Of a DNA stretch of 64,000 bases, positions 46,342 through 61,320 are shown piece by piece. Source of the stretch: Neocallimastix sp. 'constans' (Eukaryota); the NCBI GenBank assembly GCA_050613775.1, contig JBODTK010000013.1, positions 620,001-684,000 on the forward strand, in the 5' to 3' direction. How positions within the stretch are numbered: the first letter of the stretch is position 1; each line of letters begins with the position of its first letter. Both the position numbers and the translations under genes were made by a program. The notes below the pieces were generated by a model. It did no database searches. It was not told the origin of the DNA and saw only the letters and a program-made list of their open reading frames with translations.

Positions 46342-47939
46342 AAATAGTAACAATAATAGTAATATAAATAAAAGTAATAATAATTATAATAATAAAATAA
46401 TAATTATAATAATAATGTTAATAAATAAATATAAATATAAATATAAAATATAAAATATAAAATATAAAATATAAAATATAAATATAAATATTAATATTAA
46501 TATTAATATAAATATAAATTCAAATGTAAATATAAATGTAAATATAAATGTAAATATAAATAAAAAAAAAAAAAATAAATTTTTATATATATATAAACTT
46601 ACAGTTACTACTGAAACTAGTTTTTGATGTTCCTGAACCAAATCCACTAGAGGATCCAAATCCTTGATAACGTGCTTTTTCGGATGAAACTCCCTTATAT
46701 TTATTTTTATTTTCTTTAGCTTTTGCTCTTTCTTCATTAATTTTATCCTTATTTTGTAATAAATCATAAATTTCTTTAGCACGAGCTCGAACTATTTATA
46801 TTATTTTATCATAATCATTTATATATATATATATTATTATTATTATTATTATTTCATTTTTATTTGTATATTATTATTATTATTATTATTATTTCATTTT
46901 TATTTATATATTATTATTATTATTATTATTATTTAAGAATTTTTTAATTTTAACTTTTCGTATATATTTCATTTTCAATTATTTATTTATTTGATAAAAA
47001 TGTTTTTTTTTTTAATGTAATTATAAAATATATTATATATACCATTGATTCCTTGGTCTTTGCCGTTTGGGTCAACATATATAAATTTTTGTAAAGCTCT
47101 AATGGTATAAATGTTTTCGTGACAGTTGGAAACAACTCTTTCTGAACCGTTCTTTATTAAATATTCTAAAAGTTGAAGAGCCTGAATTTTTTTTTTTTTT
47201 TTTATGGGTAAATTTAATTAATTTATAAGTAATATAATTAGTATAATTAACATTACCATTATTTTTTTTAAAAATTTATATAAATATTTATTTTAAATAT
47301 GGTAATTATTATTATTATTATTATTATTTTATATATTTATATATATTGATGTTGAGAAAATATATACTTTGTAACATTGTCTCCATTTATCATCAGTACA
47401 TTCAGTTAATCTTTATTATTTTTATTTTTATTTTTGTATTATAATAAATAAATATTAAGGAAATTTACAATTGGTAAAAATGTTTTCGACAATATATTTA
47501 ATTTTATTATATTTTATTCGAACCTTGAATAAATAGTGTTCATAATGTCATTGAAACTATCATATTGATAAGTTCCTTTAGCAATTTCTTTCATTAAAGT
47601 TGAAGAGGCACCCCCTTTTTTTTTTGTTTAATTATTAATTTTTTTAAATTATATATTTTTTAATTATTAATTTATGTGCAATATATATTATTTTATAATT
47701 ACTTATTGATAAAAAATGATAAAGATAAATTTTCAAGAAAATTTGAATTTTATATTTATAAATTTATCAACTTACATGGTTCATTATTAGTAGCTTTAAT
47801 TATTAAATAAATGAAAAATATATATAAATATATAATTTCAATTATATATTTTTTTTTTTGAAATTAATATGAATAATTTTATTTTATTATTTATATATAC
47901 ATAAATTATTGTAGTGCTTTTATAATATTATATATATAA

Positions 47940-47974
<35 letters not shown>

Positions 47975-48096
47975 AAAAAAAATATTATACCATCTCTAAC
48001 TTTGATTTCCCATTCAGAATAATTCATAACAACATTTTTAACTTTATTAATTAAACCTACGGCATCCCAGTAGGTCATATTTTTAAGAGAATCCAT
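45194..48096 (-). CDS. ENTH-domain clathrin adaptor (Ent3 / epsinR-like); 8 exons including an 18-nt microexon at 47793-47776
   Basis: Spliced ENTH domain: KVKNVVMNYSEWEIKVRDATNNEPWGASSTLMKEIAKGT...WRQCYKALQLLEYLIKNGSERV...GKDQGINVRARAKEI...EERAKAKENKNKYKG. The low-complexity tail has NLLDFD, DDEWAEFQS, FDDFADFQS and DLFS motifs. Confidence 0.92.
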
Positions 48097-50697
48097 TATT
48101 TATTTATTTATTTATTTTTTTTTTTTAATAGAAATTTAAGGTTTTATAGTTTTTGAAATTTTTGAAATATTTTTTGTTAAAAAAAAATTTTTTTCTTTTA
48201 TTTTTAAATTTAATTTTCGATATATCTATTTCCTCTTCAAAAAAAGATATCAACGACCGTTTATCTTTCTTTTTTCTTTTTATTTTTTTTATTTAATATT
48301 ATTATAATAAATATAAATAAATATATAAGAATAAATAAATAAATAAATAAATAATTTATTATATAAAATTTTTTATATTCAGTATATATTTTAATTTAAT
48401 TTTATTTTAAAAAAAAAATATAATTATATATTATTAAATATTATATATATTATATATGATATCTATGAATATTTTCATATTTATTCAAATTGTATATTAA
48501 AGCTTCCTTTTTTTACCTAAAAATATTTTACTATCTTTATTTTTTTTTATTTTTTTTTTTTTTTGGAAACGAGAATCAACAATAAAAAGTTTTTTTTTGG
48601 ATTATAAAATATTATATTTAATTCGATAATTAACAATTAATATAATTCTTATTTATTATAATTTTATATGTCCTATGAAATTAAATTAATTTAATAAATT
48701 ATTTATATAATCAATATATTGATAATATATTTATACCTTAATTACCATGTAAATAATTTATAATCTATAAAAATAGAATTTTTTATATATAATTTATTAT
48801 TTATATAAAAAATATCATTAATACTACTAATGAACAAAATACTAATAATTGTGTTTATAACTATAATAATAGTATTCAATAATAATAATAATAACCATAC
48901 TAATATAATAATAATAATCATAATAACATTATAATAATAATCATAATAGCATAATAATAATAATATCAATAATCAATAACAATAATTGTAATAATGATAA
49001 TAATAGTAAATAATAATAATAAATGTCAATATTATGTAACAATATGTAACAATAGTAATAATAGTAATACTAATAATAATACTAATTGTAGTAAAAATTA
49101 TATAAAAAAAATTATTTAAAGTTTACTACTACTACTACTACTAATAATAATAATAATGAAAATAATTATTATTATTAGTATAATTATTATAAAGTAATAT
49201 TATATAATAATTCAAAATATCGTATATCATATATCAAATATTATTTTTCTTTTCTTTATTTAAAAATTATTATTATTATAATTATATTTATAATTAAAAT
49301 TATTATTATAAAGTAATATTTTATCATTTAGAATATCATATCATATATATCATGTATTATTTATCTTATTTTTATTTAAAATTTAATAAAATAAAATTAT
49401 TATACTTTATGGTAAATTTATGGTAAATATTATATATATATGTTTTTATTTTAATATTGTATATAAAAGTTTATAAATAAATATTAGTAGATATATATAT
49501 ATTTAAAATTTTGGGTTATTTTTTTCTAATAATATTTTAACTATAAAATTTAATCAATGTATAAATATTTAATATTAATGAACATTTCATTACAGATAGT
49601 GTAACAAACATTGAATATATATATTATTGCTGAAAAATAATTATGGCTGTAAAATTATATAACAATAAAAACATAATGAACTAATATTTTTTTTATAAAT
49701 TAACATCACTTTCACAATTATTTATTAAATAAGTCATTATAATAATTAATTGTAAATGATTATTAATATTGATAAATAAAACATAACTATAGTAACTGTT
49801 TGGAAGATAAATCTTTTCTAGTTAAAATATATATCTGTCATTTTATATATACATATATATATAATAATAATACAAATAATATATTAAATCAAAATAATAA
49901 AATAGTTAAAAACGATAAAAGAAAAAGAATCATAAATACTATTAAAGTTTTTCTTTTATTTTTTTTTTACCTAAAAAAAAAAAATTAAAAATATAAATAT
50001 AGAAAAGTCTTTTTGTTTTTTTTTAATCATTTGATATATTTTATATTTATATATTTTAATTTTTTTTTCTGTTTTATATTTTATTATTATTATTATTATT
50101 ATTATTTATTTTTTAAATAGATATATTAAAATTTGTAAATATCTATAAATATATAAAATTTTAAAAGATTGTCAAATTTTATTAATTAAAATTTGATTCC
50201 GATTAATTCACTTAAATAATTTTTTATGTATATTAATTTAGTTTTTTTTCTACTTTTTTTTTTTTTTTTTTTTTCTTTCCTTTCTTTTAATATTAATTAA
50301 ATAAAATGATTTTAAATATCAAATTTGTAAATTAGATAATATAGAGTGATTTTTATTTATTTATTTAAAAAAAAATTTTTTTGTTTTATCTATCTGAAAA
50401 ATTTAATAAGCATTAATAATACTTTTGTATTAATATAAGTATTAATACGTACTATATATATGACATCTATAATATTTTTTTCAATTTTTATTTTTTATTT
50501 TTAATTAAATAAAGTTTCAACTGTAGTATATTAATGTAATAAATATAGTTGATATTCGCTAAGTTAAATCAAGAAACAATTACAGATACTTTTTAACATA
50601 AAGTTTAAATATTTAATTAAGTAAAAAAAATAAAAAAAATAAAAAATAAAAAAAAAAATTTTTTTTTATGTTCTTGTAGAAAATTATATATAGTACA

Positions 50698-51271
50698 ATG
50701 AGTGATATAAATGTTATAAGTTCAGTACGTAAGAGTATAAAAAAAACACCTGAAGTTGATGAGGATACAACAAATAAGAAAGAAAAAAATATAAATAAAA
50801 GAGGTCATAGTTCAAATCAAAAAATTAAAAAAGGTCATGATAATGAAAATATAAATAATGATAATTCAAATGAGGAAGAGGAGGAAGTCTTTCATTTCCC
50901 AACTTTAATTGATTTAAAAAATTGTAAGCCTCCTCAGTATATTGCATATGCGGATAGTACTATTGATGGAGATGTAATTTTGAAAGATTTAAAAGGAGAA
51001 TTGTGGCTTCAACCATCCAATTCAATTCTTTCAAGGAAAAGTGAGAATCGATTAAGACAAAGTATAGAAAATTCAAATAAATCGTCGAAACCGATAAGAG
51101 GTAGTAGAGGTAGAAATAGATTAAAACTTGGTGATGATTCAATAAAGAGTAATTACGATGAAGATATGTCAGAGGATGATAATGATAGTTCATCAGGTTT
51201 TGATACTAACTTTAAAAGAAATTTTGATAAATATTTCACTGATCTTCAAAAATTAATAGGTATTAAAATAT

Positions 51272-51308
<37 letters not shown>

Positions 51309-51847
51309 TGTTCATAAAAAAATCAGAATAAGAATATGAATGAGAATAACAATAACAATAACACTAGAAATAAAAATGAAAATGAAAATAGCAATCAAAA
51401 TACCGATAAAAATAAAGATAGAAATAAAAAAAAAAAAAAAAAAAAAAAAATAAGAAAAAAATAAATAAAAAAATAAATAATAAAAAAAAAAAATCAATGA
51501 AATAATCATTATTAATGATAATAGAAAAAAAAAATAATAATATTATTATTAATAATAATTATTATTATTTTTTTATGTTATTTTAATTTTAATATATATA
51601 TTTTTAGATTATGCAAAAAATCCGGTATTTAATGAAGATTCAACACAAAATATCACTATTAATTTAGATAATGAAAGACATAGGAAAAGGACACAAAGTA
51701 GTAGTATTGATTCCGGATCATCAGATTCTCAAAAAGTGTCATTTACTGGAAGAAAACCATTTAGAATTATAAATTTAGAATTAGAAATGAAATTAGATAA
51801 TTTAAGAAACAATGATATTGAGAGAGAAAACTTTGAAAGAAAAATTG

Positions 51848-51886
<39 letters not shown>

Positions 51887-51969
51887 TATGAATAATCTAT
51901 ATATCTATATATCTATATCTATAGATAGATAACTATATGAATATATTTATATTTATATTTTCCATATTA

Positions 51970-52027
<58 letters not shown>

Positions 52028-52287
52028 TTTTTTTCTTAAAATATTAAACAAAAAAAAATTATATATATATATTTTTTAATAATAATAATAGAACATATAC
52101 TACAAACAAGAAAAATACAAAAAATTAATTTCAATATTCTTGTGAATAATAGAAAAATTAAGAAGATTGAAGAACTTAAACAGCTTAAAAATGAATATGT
52201 AATTAACAATTTTCAATTATAGTAATTAATAATTTTTAATTATAGAAAAAAAAAAAAAAAAGCAACAACAACAACAACAACAACAAC

Positions 52288-52379
<92 letters not shown>

Positions 52380-52419
52380 CAATAATAATAATAATAATAA
52401 TAACAACAACAACAACAAC

Positions 52420-52479
<60 letters not shown>

Positions 52480-53138
52480 TCTTTATCAATTAATATATAT
52501 ATTTTATTTTTAAATTTTTTTTTATCTTTTCATCTTATAAAAAGATTGAGAGATATAATAAACATATTTTAGAAGTTTTGAAACAGGAAAGGAAAATTCT
52601 ATATCAAAAGTTAGATAAAATAAAGAAGAAGATTGAATATAAAGATATGTGTTCTGAAATTGAAAAAGAAAGAGAGGTATTTAATCATTTTAAAATCAAA
52701 CAAACAAAAAAAAAAAATTTTTTTTCTAATAAAATATGATCATATATACTTTTATATATTTAAATAAATATATGTATATATATATATATAATATTAATCT
52801 ATTTTAAATTTATAATTATCATTATTATTATTATTATTATTTTAAAATTATAATAGAGAAAAATGGTGGAAAGAGTCAATGTTAATAAATATGATCTTGT
52901 ATTAAAGAGATGGCTAACGCTTTGTGTTATAGGAAGTAGAATGATGTTAATACAAGATGCTTTAGTGGTATATATATTATTATATATATATATATTTTAA
53001 TAAAATAAAATAAAAAAAAAAAAATTATTATTATCAAAAATTAAAGTATTTAATGATTTTTTTTTATTTTTATTTTTATTTTTTTTTTTATTCTATTAAT
53101 AATTTATATAGGCAAACCTAAAAGATTTTGTGTTTTAA
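50698..53138 (+). CDS. Uncharacterised charged / coiled-coil protein; probable exons 50698-51259, 51608-51847, 52092-52198, 52545-52676, 52857-52967, 53112-53138
   Basis: Six coding-like segments join in frame through GT-AG junctions, with a Lys/Glu/Arg-rich heptad region. I recognise no family, and the last exon is the least certain. Confidence 0.7.
52262..52478. repeat. Compound (CAA)n/(TAA)n microsatellite, intronic
   Basis: Directly visible. It explains the spurious poly-Tyr/Cys and poly-Leu ORFs. Confidence 0.9.
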
Positions 53139-53410
53139 TAACTTTTTTTTTTTTTTTTTGTAAATCCAATATCATATTATTCCATAGCTTTTGTATATTT
53201 ATTTAATACACAGAAAAAATAAAAATAAAAATAAAATATATGTTTATATATATAAACATTCCATTTATTTTAATAATAATTAATTATCCAGAAACAATAA
53301 TCTATCTTTTTTTTTATTTTTTTATTATTTACATTTTACATTTTATTTTATTAAAATATCTTTAAATACTTAAATACAAACCAATAATAATAATAATAAT
53401 AATAATAAAG

Positions 53411-53445
<35 letters not shown>

Positions 53446-54089
53446 ATTGTAAACAACATAATCATTCATTCATTTTTTTTTTTTTTTTTTACTTTTTTTT
53501 TTTAAAAAAAAATTTTTTTAAAAAAAAAACTTTTTAAATGTATATTTAATTTTTATTTTTTTTAATATTGTCATTTTTATATAAACTATAAAAAAACAAA
53601 AAAAATTTAATAATAATAATAGTTATAATAATAAAAAAAAAAAAAAAAAATATAAAATAAATGTAATTTTTAATTTATTTTTATTTTTATATATTTTAAG
53701 GTGTTTATTTTTTTATTTTTATTTTTTTTTAATTTTTAATGATCTTCTATTTTTTTTTTTTGAAATCTTCTATAATATTAAATAAATATATATAAATTTA
53801 GGAGTAAATAAATTAATAGGAGTAGAAAATGAAAATGAAGAGAGATAATTATTTAATTATAAAAGTATAAGTAAATAATATATAGAATAAATTAACTATA
53901 TAAATAAATATATATATATTTAATATAACAAAAAAAAATATATGTCTTTTTTTTTTTTTTTTTTTTTTATTGGTATTTTTATTGGTATTTTCATTTTCAT
54001 TTTTATTACTATTTTGGAGTAATAATGAATAATGTAATTGATAGATATAAACGGGTGTTTAAATAAAATTATTTGATTTTTATTTTTTA

Positions 54090-54515
54090 TTATTCTATTA
54101 AGCTGTAAAATTCATCAGGCTTAAGTATTCCATTTTCTGATTCTATTTTCATTTTTTTTTTTTAAAATTAATAAAATTATTTTTTTATTTTTATTTATTT
54201 ATTTATTTTTATTAATACAATTAGTAAAATATTAAAAAAAAAAAATTTTTTTTTCATTTTTAAAATTTAATTTAATATTACTTACTTTGACAATGGTTAC
54301 TTATGATATCTTTCCAAATAATACTAAATTTCAGTAGATTTGCTTTATTACCAACTAAAATAAGATGACTAATTTATTTTTTATTATTTTTATTATTTTT
54401 TTTTTTTTAAAAAAAAAAAAGAAAAAGAAAGAAAAAATTATTTAATATAATGATTCATTAGTTTATTATTATTATTATTATTATTATAAATGAAAACGTA
54501 TATATCATTCTAATA

Positions 54516-54579
<64 letters not shown>

Positions 54580-55097
54580 GTCATTGTCATTGTAATTTTT
54601 TAATTATTACTTTTTTGCACGAGTAATAGCGACGTTAACACGTCGATCAGAATCAATAAATTCAGAGGAATTACTTTTAACAATGGATAAAAATATTATT
54701 GATTTTTCTGCACCTTGGAAAGCATCAACAGTTGAAACTTGAATCGTTTTAATTTGATCAGCTGGATTAGCTGCAAAACGGGACTAGAATTTTATGTATT
54801 TATTTATTTATTAATTTTTTATTATTTATTATTATTTTTATTATTATTAAAAAAAAAAAAATAAATAAATAAAAAATCGTTTAATTAGTATAAACTTATA
54901 TATGTATATATATAAAATTAATATTATAGTATTTTTATAATTCAATTTATAGTAATATTAATATATATATATATATTGTATATAAACCTTTATAAGATCA
55001 GCTTGTCCTTTATCTAAATTATAAAATTATATATATTATATATTAGATTATTATTATTATTATTATCATTAAAATTAAAATTATAATTATATTTGCA

Positions 55098-55128
<31 letters not shown>

Positions 55129-55554
55129 GTTTATAAATATATATATATTTTACATAATGATATAACACCAATATCCTCTCCATTAACACCGAATTCAACT
55201 AGTTTTTCAATAGATTTTACAATAAAATCTGCTTCCAATTTATTAACAAAACTTGAAAATTGTGATTTACCAACACTATTAACATCAACAAAACATAATA
55301 TAGGAAATTTATCACTTAATAGTTCTCCTTTTATTTCTGGTTTTCGTCCATCAATTAATCTATTTTCATAAAATAAGTTATTACTTTTTACATTTAAATA
55401 TTTAAACAATTTTATTATTTAATATATATATATATATATATATATGTATATTAATAATTAATAATTAGTAACAATAATATTAATGTTGTATAAATTATAA
55501 ATTATTATATTTAATAATATTTACCTGATGCTTGAAATAATAGGGTGACACTAA

Positions 55555-55589
<35 letters not shown>

Positions 55590-56240
55590 GGTAATAATTT
55601 TTTTTTTTTTAAAAGAAAAAGAAAAAAAAATTCAGTAAATTTTAAATTATAATTTTAATACTTTTTCAAATATTTTATTATTGTTTTAAAAACACAAACA
55701 CAAACACATACACAAACACATATATACACACACATATATATATATACTTATAAATATAAAGATATGTGTGTGTAATTTATATATATATATATAAAATTAC
55801 TTACTCTATATTGTGTTCTCAATAAAATAGGGGTACATTGGGAAAGTGCTAATCTTTCAAATAGCGTTCTATCTAAACCTTTATTTACTGGATCCTTTTC
55901 ATAAGCAGAATTTGTGGTTATTGTTGGGGATAATTGTTTTGGATCACCCACCAAGAGTAATTTTTCACTTTGAAATCTACAAATAGGTAATAATGATAAT
56001 GGTTCAATAAATTGAGAGCATTCATCCAATATTACTATTGGTACTTTAGTATGATCTAATATTTCAAATGATGAAGCTATACAAGTTGTTGCAATTAAAA
56101 AAGAATGTTTTATATTGTTTCTATTTTCATTTTTTTTAAATTTTTTTATTGTTTCCTGAATATACTTTATTTCCTTTGGAGAAAGATCATCGCATTTCAA
56201 CAAACTATTTAATTCATCAATATCTTTAAAACATTTATTT

Positions 56241-56297
<57 letters not shown>

Positions 56298-58856
56298 ATT
56301 AATATAATTAATATAATTAATATAAATATATATACATTATTACATTATTATATTGATAAATATATATATATTTTTTATTATTAAAATATATTATTATTTT
56401 TAAAATTTACCTTCATTTCCTTTACTAATTTGAGCTGCATATGGTAATAAAGGTTTAGCTATTTTTTTTAAACTAATATAAATTATTAAATATTAATAAA
56501 TATATATATTTTTTAATGTTTATTATTAATATTTTAATATTATTTTAATTTTTATTTTTATTTTTAATTTTATTTTTAATTTTATTTTTATGCTATTTAT
56601 ATATTTAAAAATAAATGATTATAGTTAAATTTACCTTCCAACTCTAACAAAATTTTTAAAATCAAATTTTTCCATTAAATACTATATATATATATGTATT
56701 TATATTTTTTTTTTTTTTAAAAAAAATATATTTTAAAATATTTAATAAACAATATAAAACATTTTATTAAGATTTTATTTTAAAAAAAATTATACTGTTT
56801 AAAAGATGATAATATTAACTATTATAATATTTTCACTTTTTATAATATATATTTATATTTACCAATAAAATTCTGTCTACGGCCACTGTATTCAATATTT
56901 AAATAAATATAATAATGATAATCATATATATATATATATATACTTAACAAATGTTTTAAAGATTTATATATATATATAAACATAAACACTAATGAATATT
57001 ATTAATAATTTACCATTAGTCATTGATGAAACTAAAATTTTAAAATTTATTTTAGGATTAATAAATCCTGAAATATAAGATCTATAGAGGAAAAAGATAA
57101 TGATACTTATCAACAAACTTTAAATATATATATATATATATATATTATTTTTTTGTTAGTATTTTTTTTTTTTTCTTTTTAATTTAATAAAATACTTTAG
57201 TATTAAAATTTTATAAATTTGATGAAAAAGCTTTTTTTTTTTTTTTTTTTTTTTTGTAAATTATATTTATGTACCTTTTTCCTGCACCAAATACCTAAAT
57301 TTTATTAAATAATAGTAATAAAAGTAGATATATAAAAATATATAATAATAATATATTATTAAAGATTAATAGATTAATAATATATATATATATTTAATAT
57401 AAATATAATATAAATATATATAAAGATTTTTTTTTTTTTATTTTAAAAAATAAAAAATAAAAAAAAAAAAAAAAAAATAAAATACCCCATGAACTAAAGT
57501 AATTGGACTTTTTGATGGTATTTTTAAACTTTCAATAAACGTTCTTAGGACAGCCTCTTGATCTTCATTTAATTTATATTGAATGATAATATCATCTAAA
57601 AATTCATCTAATTCACTTATTTTCTTTTCATTTATGAGAGAAGCCATGTGAGGAGAATTAAATCTTGTTTTATCATTTTTCTTTCTCATTGTATTACTAT
57701 AATTTAATAAGTACGGTAGAACAGATGATTTTGTAATATTTGACTTTAAATTACTTAATATAATTTCCTATTTATTATATAAATTATATAGAAATAGAAA
57801 TAAATAAATAAATATATAAATACATAATATATATATAAATATCAATTTTATAGATAAATTATGGTAATATAAAATAATAATATTTTATATTTATTATTTT
57901 ATTATTTGATTATTATTATTATTTTTTTGTTATGTATTTTTTTTTTTTTTTTTTTTTTTTATAATTAAAAAATGAATGATTTCCATGATTCCAATGATTC
58001 CTTCATTACCTCAGTATTTATATTTATGGCACGTATTGCAAAAACATTAAATATTGGTTTCTTGCTGTTGGTTAAATATTTTGAAATTTCAATGTCATCT
58101 TTACTTATCGGTTCCACCTCCACAGCCGAATTTCCATTTGGACCATAAAAAACACTCTTTGCTAGAAATGTTGTATTTTTTTCAAAATTTTTATTTAATG
58201 ATATAACCCATATGTCATCTATTTATTTATTAATTTATTTATAATTAAATAATTAAACATGTTATTTTATGATAATGAACATAAATATATATATATATAT
58301 ATATTTATTTATTATAATATATATTTGTATATTCTTTTCTTTCTTTATTTTTTTATATTTTTTTTTTTTAAATAAAAACCTTTAGAATAAGAAGATGATT
58401 TTTCTTTTCTTGCCAATGTTAACAAATAGTTACAATTATTGTTTTTCTTTTTATATTTAAGAAATACCGGTTGAAATCGACTGTATAACATTATATATAT
58501 ATATAATTAGAGCATTATATATATATATAAATTATAAAAATTATATATTTATTATAATCATAATATAAATGAATAAAAATATATAAAAATATAATTTAAC
58601 AGTTACATAAATGATAATTATAATTATACATAATATATAAATATATATATATATATATTTATTTATTTATATTTATTTATTTACGTTAAAATACATTCTG
58701 AATAATAATTAATTCCATTTGATCGGTAGGAAGGTTCATTTAAGAAAGGTAAAGAACGATATTTCATAGATAATTTAGTTAATTCAATTTGAATACTTTC
58801 GATAATAGCTTTTCTAAATAAAAGTTGATATTCTGATACATTTGTCTAATTTTATA

Positions 58857-58902
<46 letters not shown>

Positions 58903-59456
58903 TTATTTTATTTTATTTTTATTTATTAATATTAATATTTATCATATATATATATATTTTAATACAGAAAAAAAAAATTATTGTTATTATTATTATTATT
59001 GATAATATTAACTTAATAAAAGAGATATGACTTACAAAATTGATGGGTATTATTGATTTTCTAATTAGATTAGAATCATTGGTATCGAGGCATTCTTCCG
59101 TAGATGGAAAATGTAATTCACATTTCTTTAGATCTCTAAAAAAATAAATATAAAAAAAAAGTTTAAAAGAAAAAAAAAAAAAAAAAAAAAAAAGATTAAC
59201 GTTTTAATATGTATAAATTTTTATTACTATTAATATAAATTTAATTTATAATATAAAATAATTATTTTTTTTATCTATTATTTATCTATTTTATTTATTT
59301 ATAAATTAATATTACTTTTGAATATTTTCTTTTAGTTTATTCAGCTGTATATTATTAGGTTTATTATTGATTTTTGAATTTGTATGTAATGTTATATCTT
59401 TTAATAGATGATTAGTTTCTTTATTAGTTCCTTTTATACTTTGATTTTGATTAATG

Positions 59457-59525
<69 letters not shown>

Positions 59526-60140
59526 GCAGTAGTAGTATTTATAGTATTTATATTTGCATTAATATTGGTATTAGTATTTATATTAGCATTAGTATTAGTA
59601 TTAATTTTTGTATTTGATGTATTAAAAGAATGATTAGAATCCTTGGTATCATGAATATAATCATAGTGATTATTGTTTTTAATAGATTGATTTATATCAT
59701 TATCATTGAATTTTGGATGATTGATGTTATTTACAAGGTTTGATTTTTTTAAATCTGGATATTTATTTTGGTGATTGATATTAATATGTTCATTGCTATT
59801 ATCATTATTAATATTATTAGTAATATTATCATTCCTGTTATAATTATTATTGACACTACTATTAATATTATCCATTTTATTAGTTTCGAACATTTCAATA
59901 TCCATATTATCAGATTTTGAAATCTTTGAAATTTCATTTATATTCACATTGAATAAAATATCGTCATCAATATCGATAGAATCCTGAAATTCAATAGATT
60001 CTGATTCTTTAGTTTCATTATTCTTTATAAAAAATTTATATAAAAAATATATATATATATATTATAATATTTACAAATGAATTAATAAATTATAATTAAA
60101 ATAATTCTTAATAAATATTATTAAATTAAATATATAAAAA

Positions 60141-60189
<49 letters not shown>

Positions 60190-61043
60190 TTCTCATTATC
60201 CTGAGGTACTGTTTTTGAAGGGTTAAATAGTGATAGTAATTGTGAAATGGATCTTGTTTTTGAAGAAATTTTATTATTATTATTATTATTATTGATATTT
60301 ATTCTTTTACTAATTGTTTTTCTTAAAATGGGAATTTTTTTTGATGAAATTTCAGAATCTTTTTTGTTGTTAGTTTCATTCTGACATTGAAATATGAATT
60401 AAAATTATGAAAGGAAAAAATGAGAAGAAAAAAAAAATAATTTGTTATTAAAAAAAAATATTATTGAACCAAATTTTAATAGTTTTTTTTTTTTTTTATC
60501 ATTACATTTTGTTTAATAGAATTATTTATATTAGGAGCGTCTTGAATAATAGTTTGAGGGAGAACTACATGTTTGTCAAATTTAATTTCTTCGTCTAATT
60601 CTGGATTTGAACGTATACCATATAAACTATATATATTTTTATTAATATTTTTATATAAAGAATTTAAATATTTAGTATTTGAATATATATATATATACAT
60701 ATATAAAATAAAATAAAATTTTAAATTATTATTATTATTTATTATTATTTTTATACCTATCAATTTTCTTATTATTTTCATCGTATAAGTAGGCTCTATT
60801 ACCTTTTTGAAAATATGTCATATATCCATCTTTCCATGTTTTATTCTTTTATTAAATGAATGATAAAAAAAAAATAAATTATAAATTTAAATATATATAA
60901 TATTTAATTTAAAAAATTAGAAGTTAAAAAAAATTGAAGAAAATTAACTAAAAAATATTTTTTTAATTATAATTTATATATTTTACTTTTTTAGTTAATT
61001 GATTTGAATATAAAATTTCATATTTAATTCCATTGAATTCCAT
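54090..61043 (-). CDS. ZGRF1: ZGRF1-like 5'-3' DNA helicase: N-terminal DUF2439, Asn-rich linker, UPF1-like SF1 helicase; about 22 exons
   Basis: Exons 1-2 give MEFNGIKYEILYSNQLTKK|NKTWKDGYMTY...AYLYDE (DUF2439 pattern). Helicase motifs: LNEDQ, ITLVHGVFGAGKS, VSSMTNVAVDRIL, FVRVGSLKKIAKPLLPY, ILDECSQ, VGDPKQL, TLFERL, LRTQYRCHP, VSTVDAFQGAEK, FIDSDRRVNVAITRAK. Confidence 0.9.
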
Positions 61044-61311
61044 TGAACATATTATAAATATTTTATTTTATATATACATATATAATTTTGGATTAATTAA
61101 TTGTATTAATAAATGGCAGATAGATAGAAATTCTTCTTTCTTAACTTTAATAAATTATCAAATAAGAGTAAATTTTTTAGGATTTCTAAAATTTAAAAGT
61201 GGTTTTTGATATATAATATTTATTCCTGATTTAATATTCTTTTTTTCCTTTATTTTTTTATGCTTCTCTTTGTAATAATTTTTTGATTTTTTTTTTTTTT
61301 AATACAAATAT

Positions 61312-61320
61312 GGTGGCAAA
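61312..61320 (+). promoter_or_regulatory. GGTGGCAAA motif (identical to the yeast PACE / Rpn4 site) in the divergent ZGRF1-RMI1 intergenic region
   Basis: Exact 9-mer near the midpoint between the two ATGs (61043 and 61628) in otherwise almost pure A/T DNA. Function is inferred only. Confidence 0.35.

Noticed and set aside
61025..61050. Upstream ATG at 61050 as the ZGRF1 start
   Set aside because: Out of frame (MFNGIQWN*). It arises from a 10-bp duplication (TTCAATGGAA x2). The ATG at 61043 gives the DUF2439 frame.
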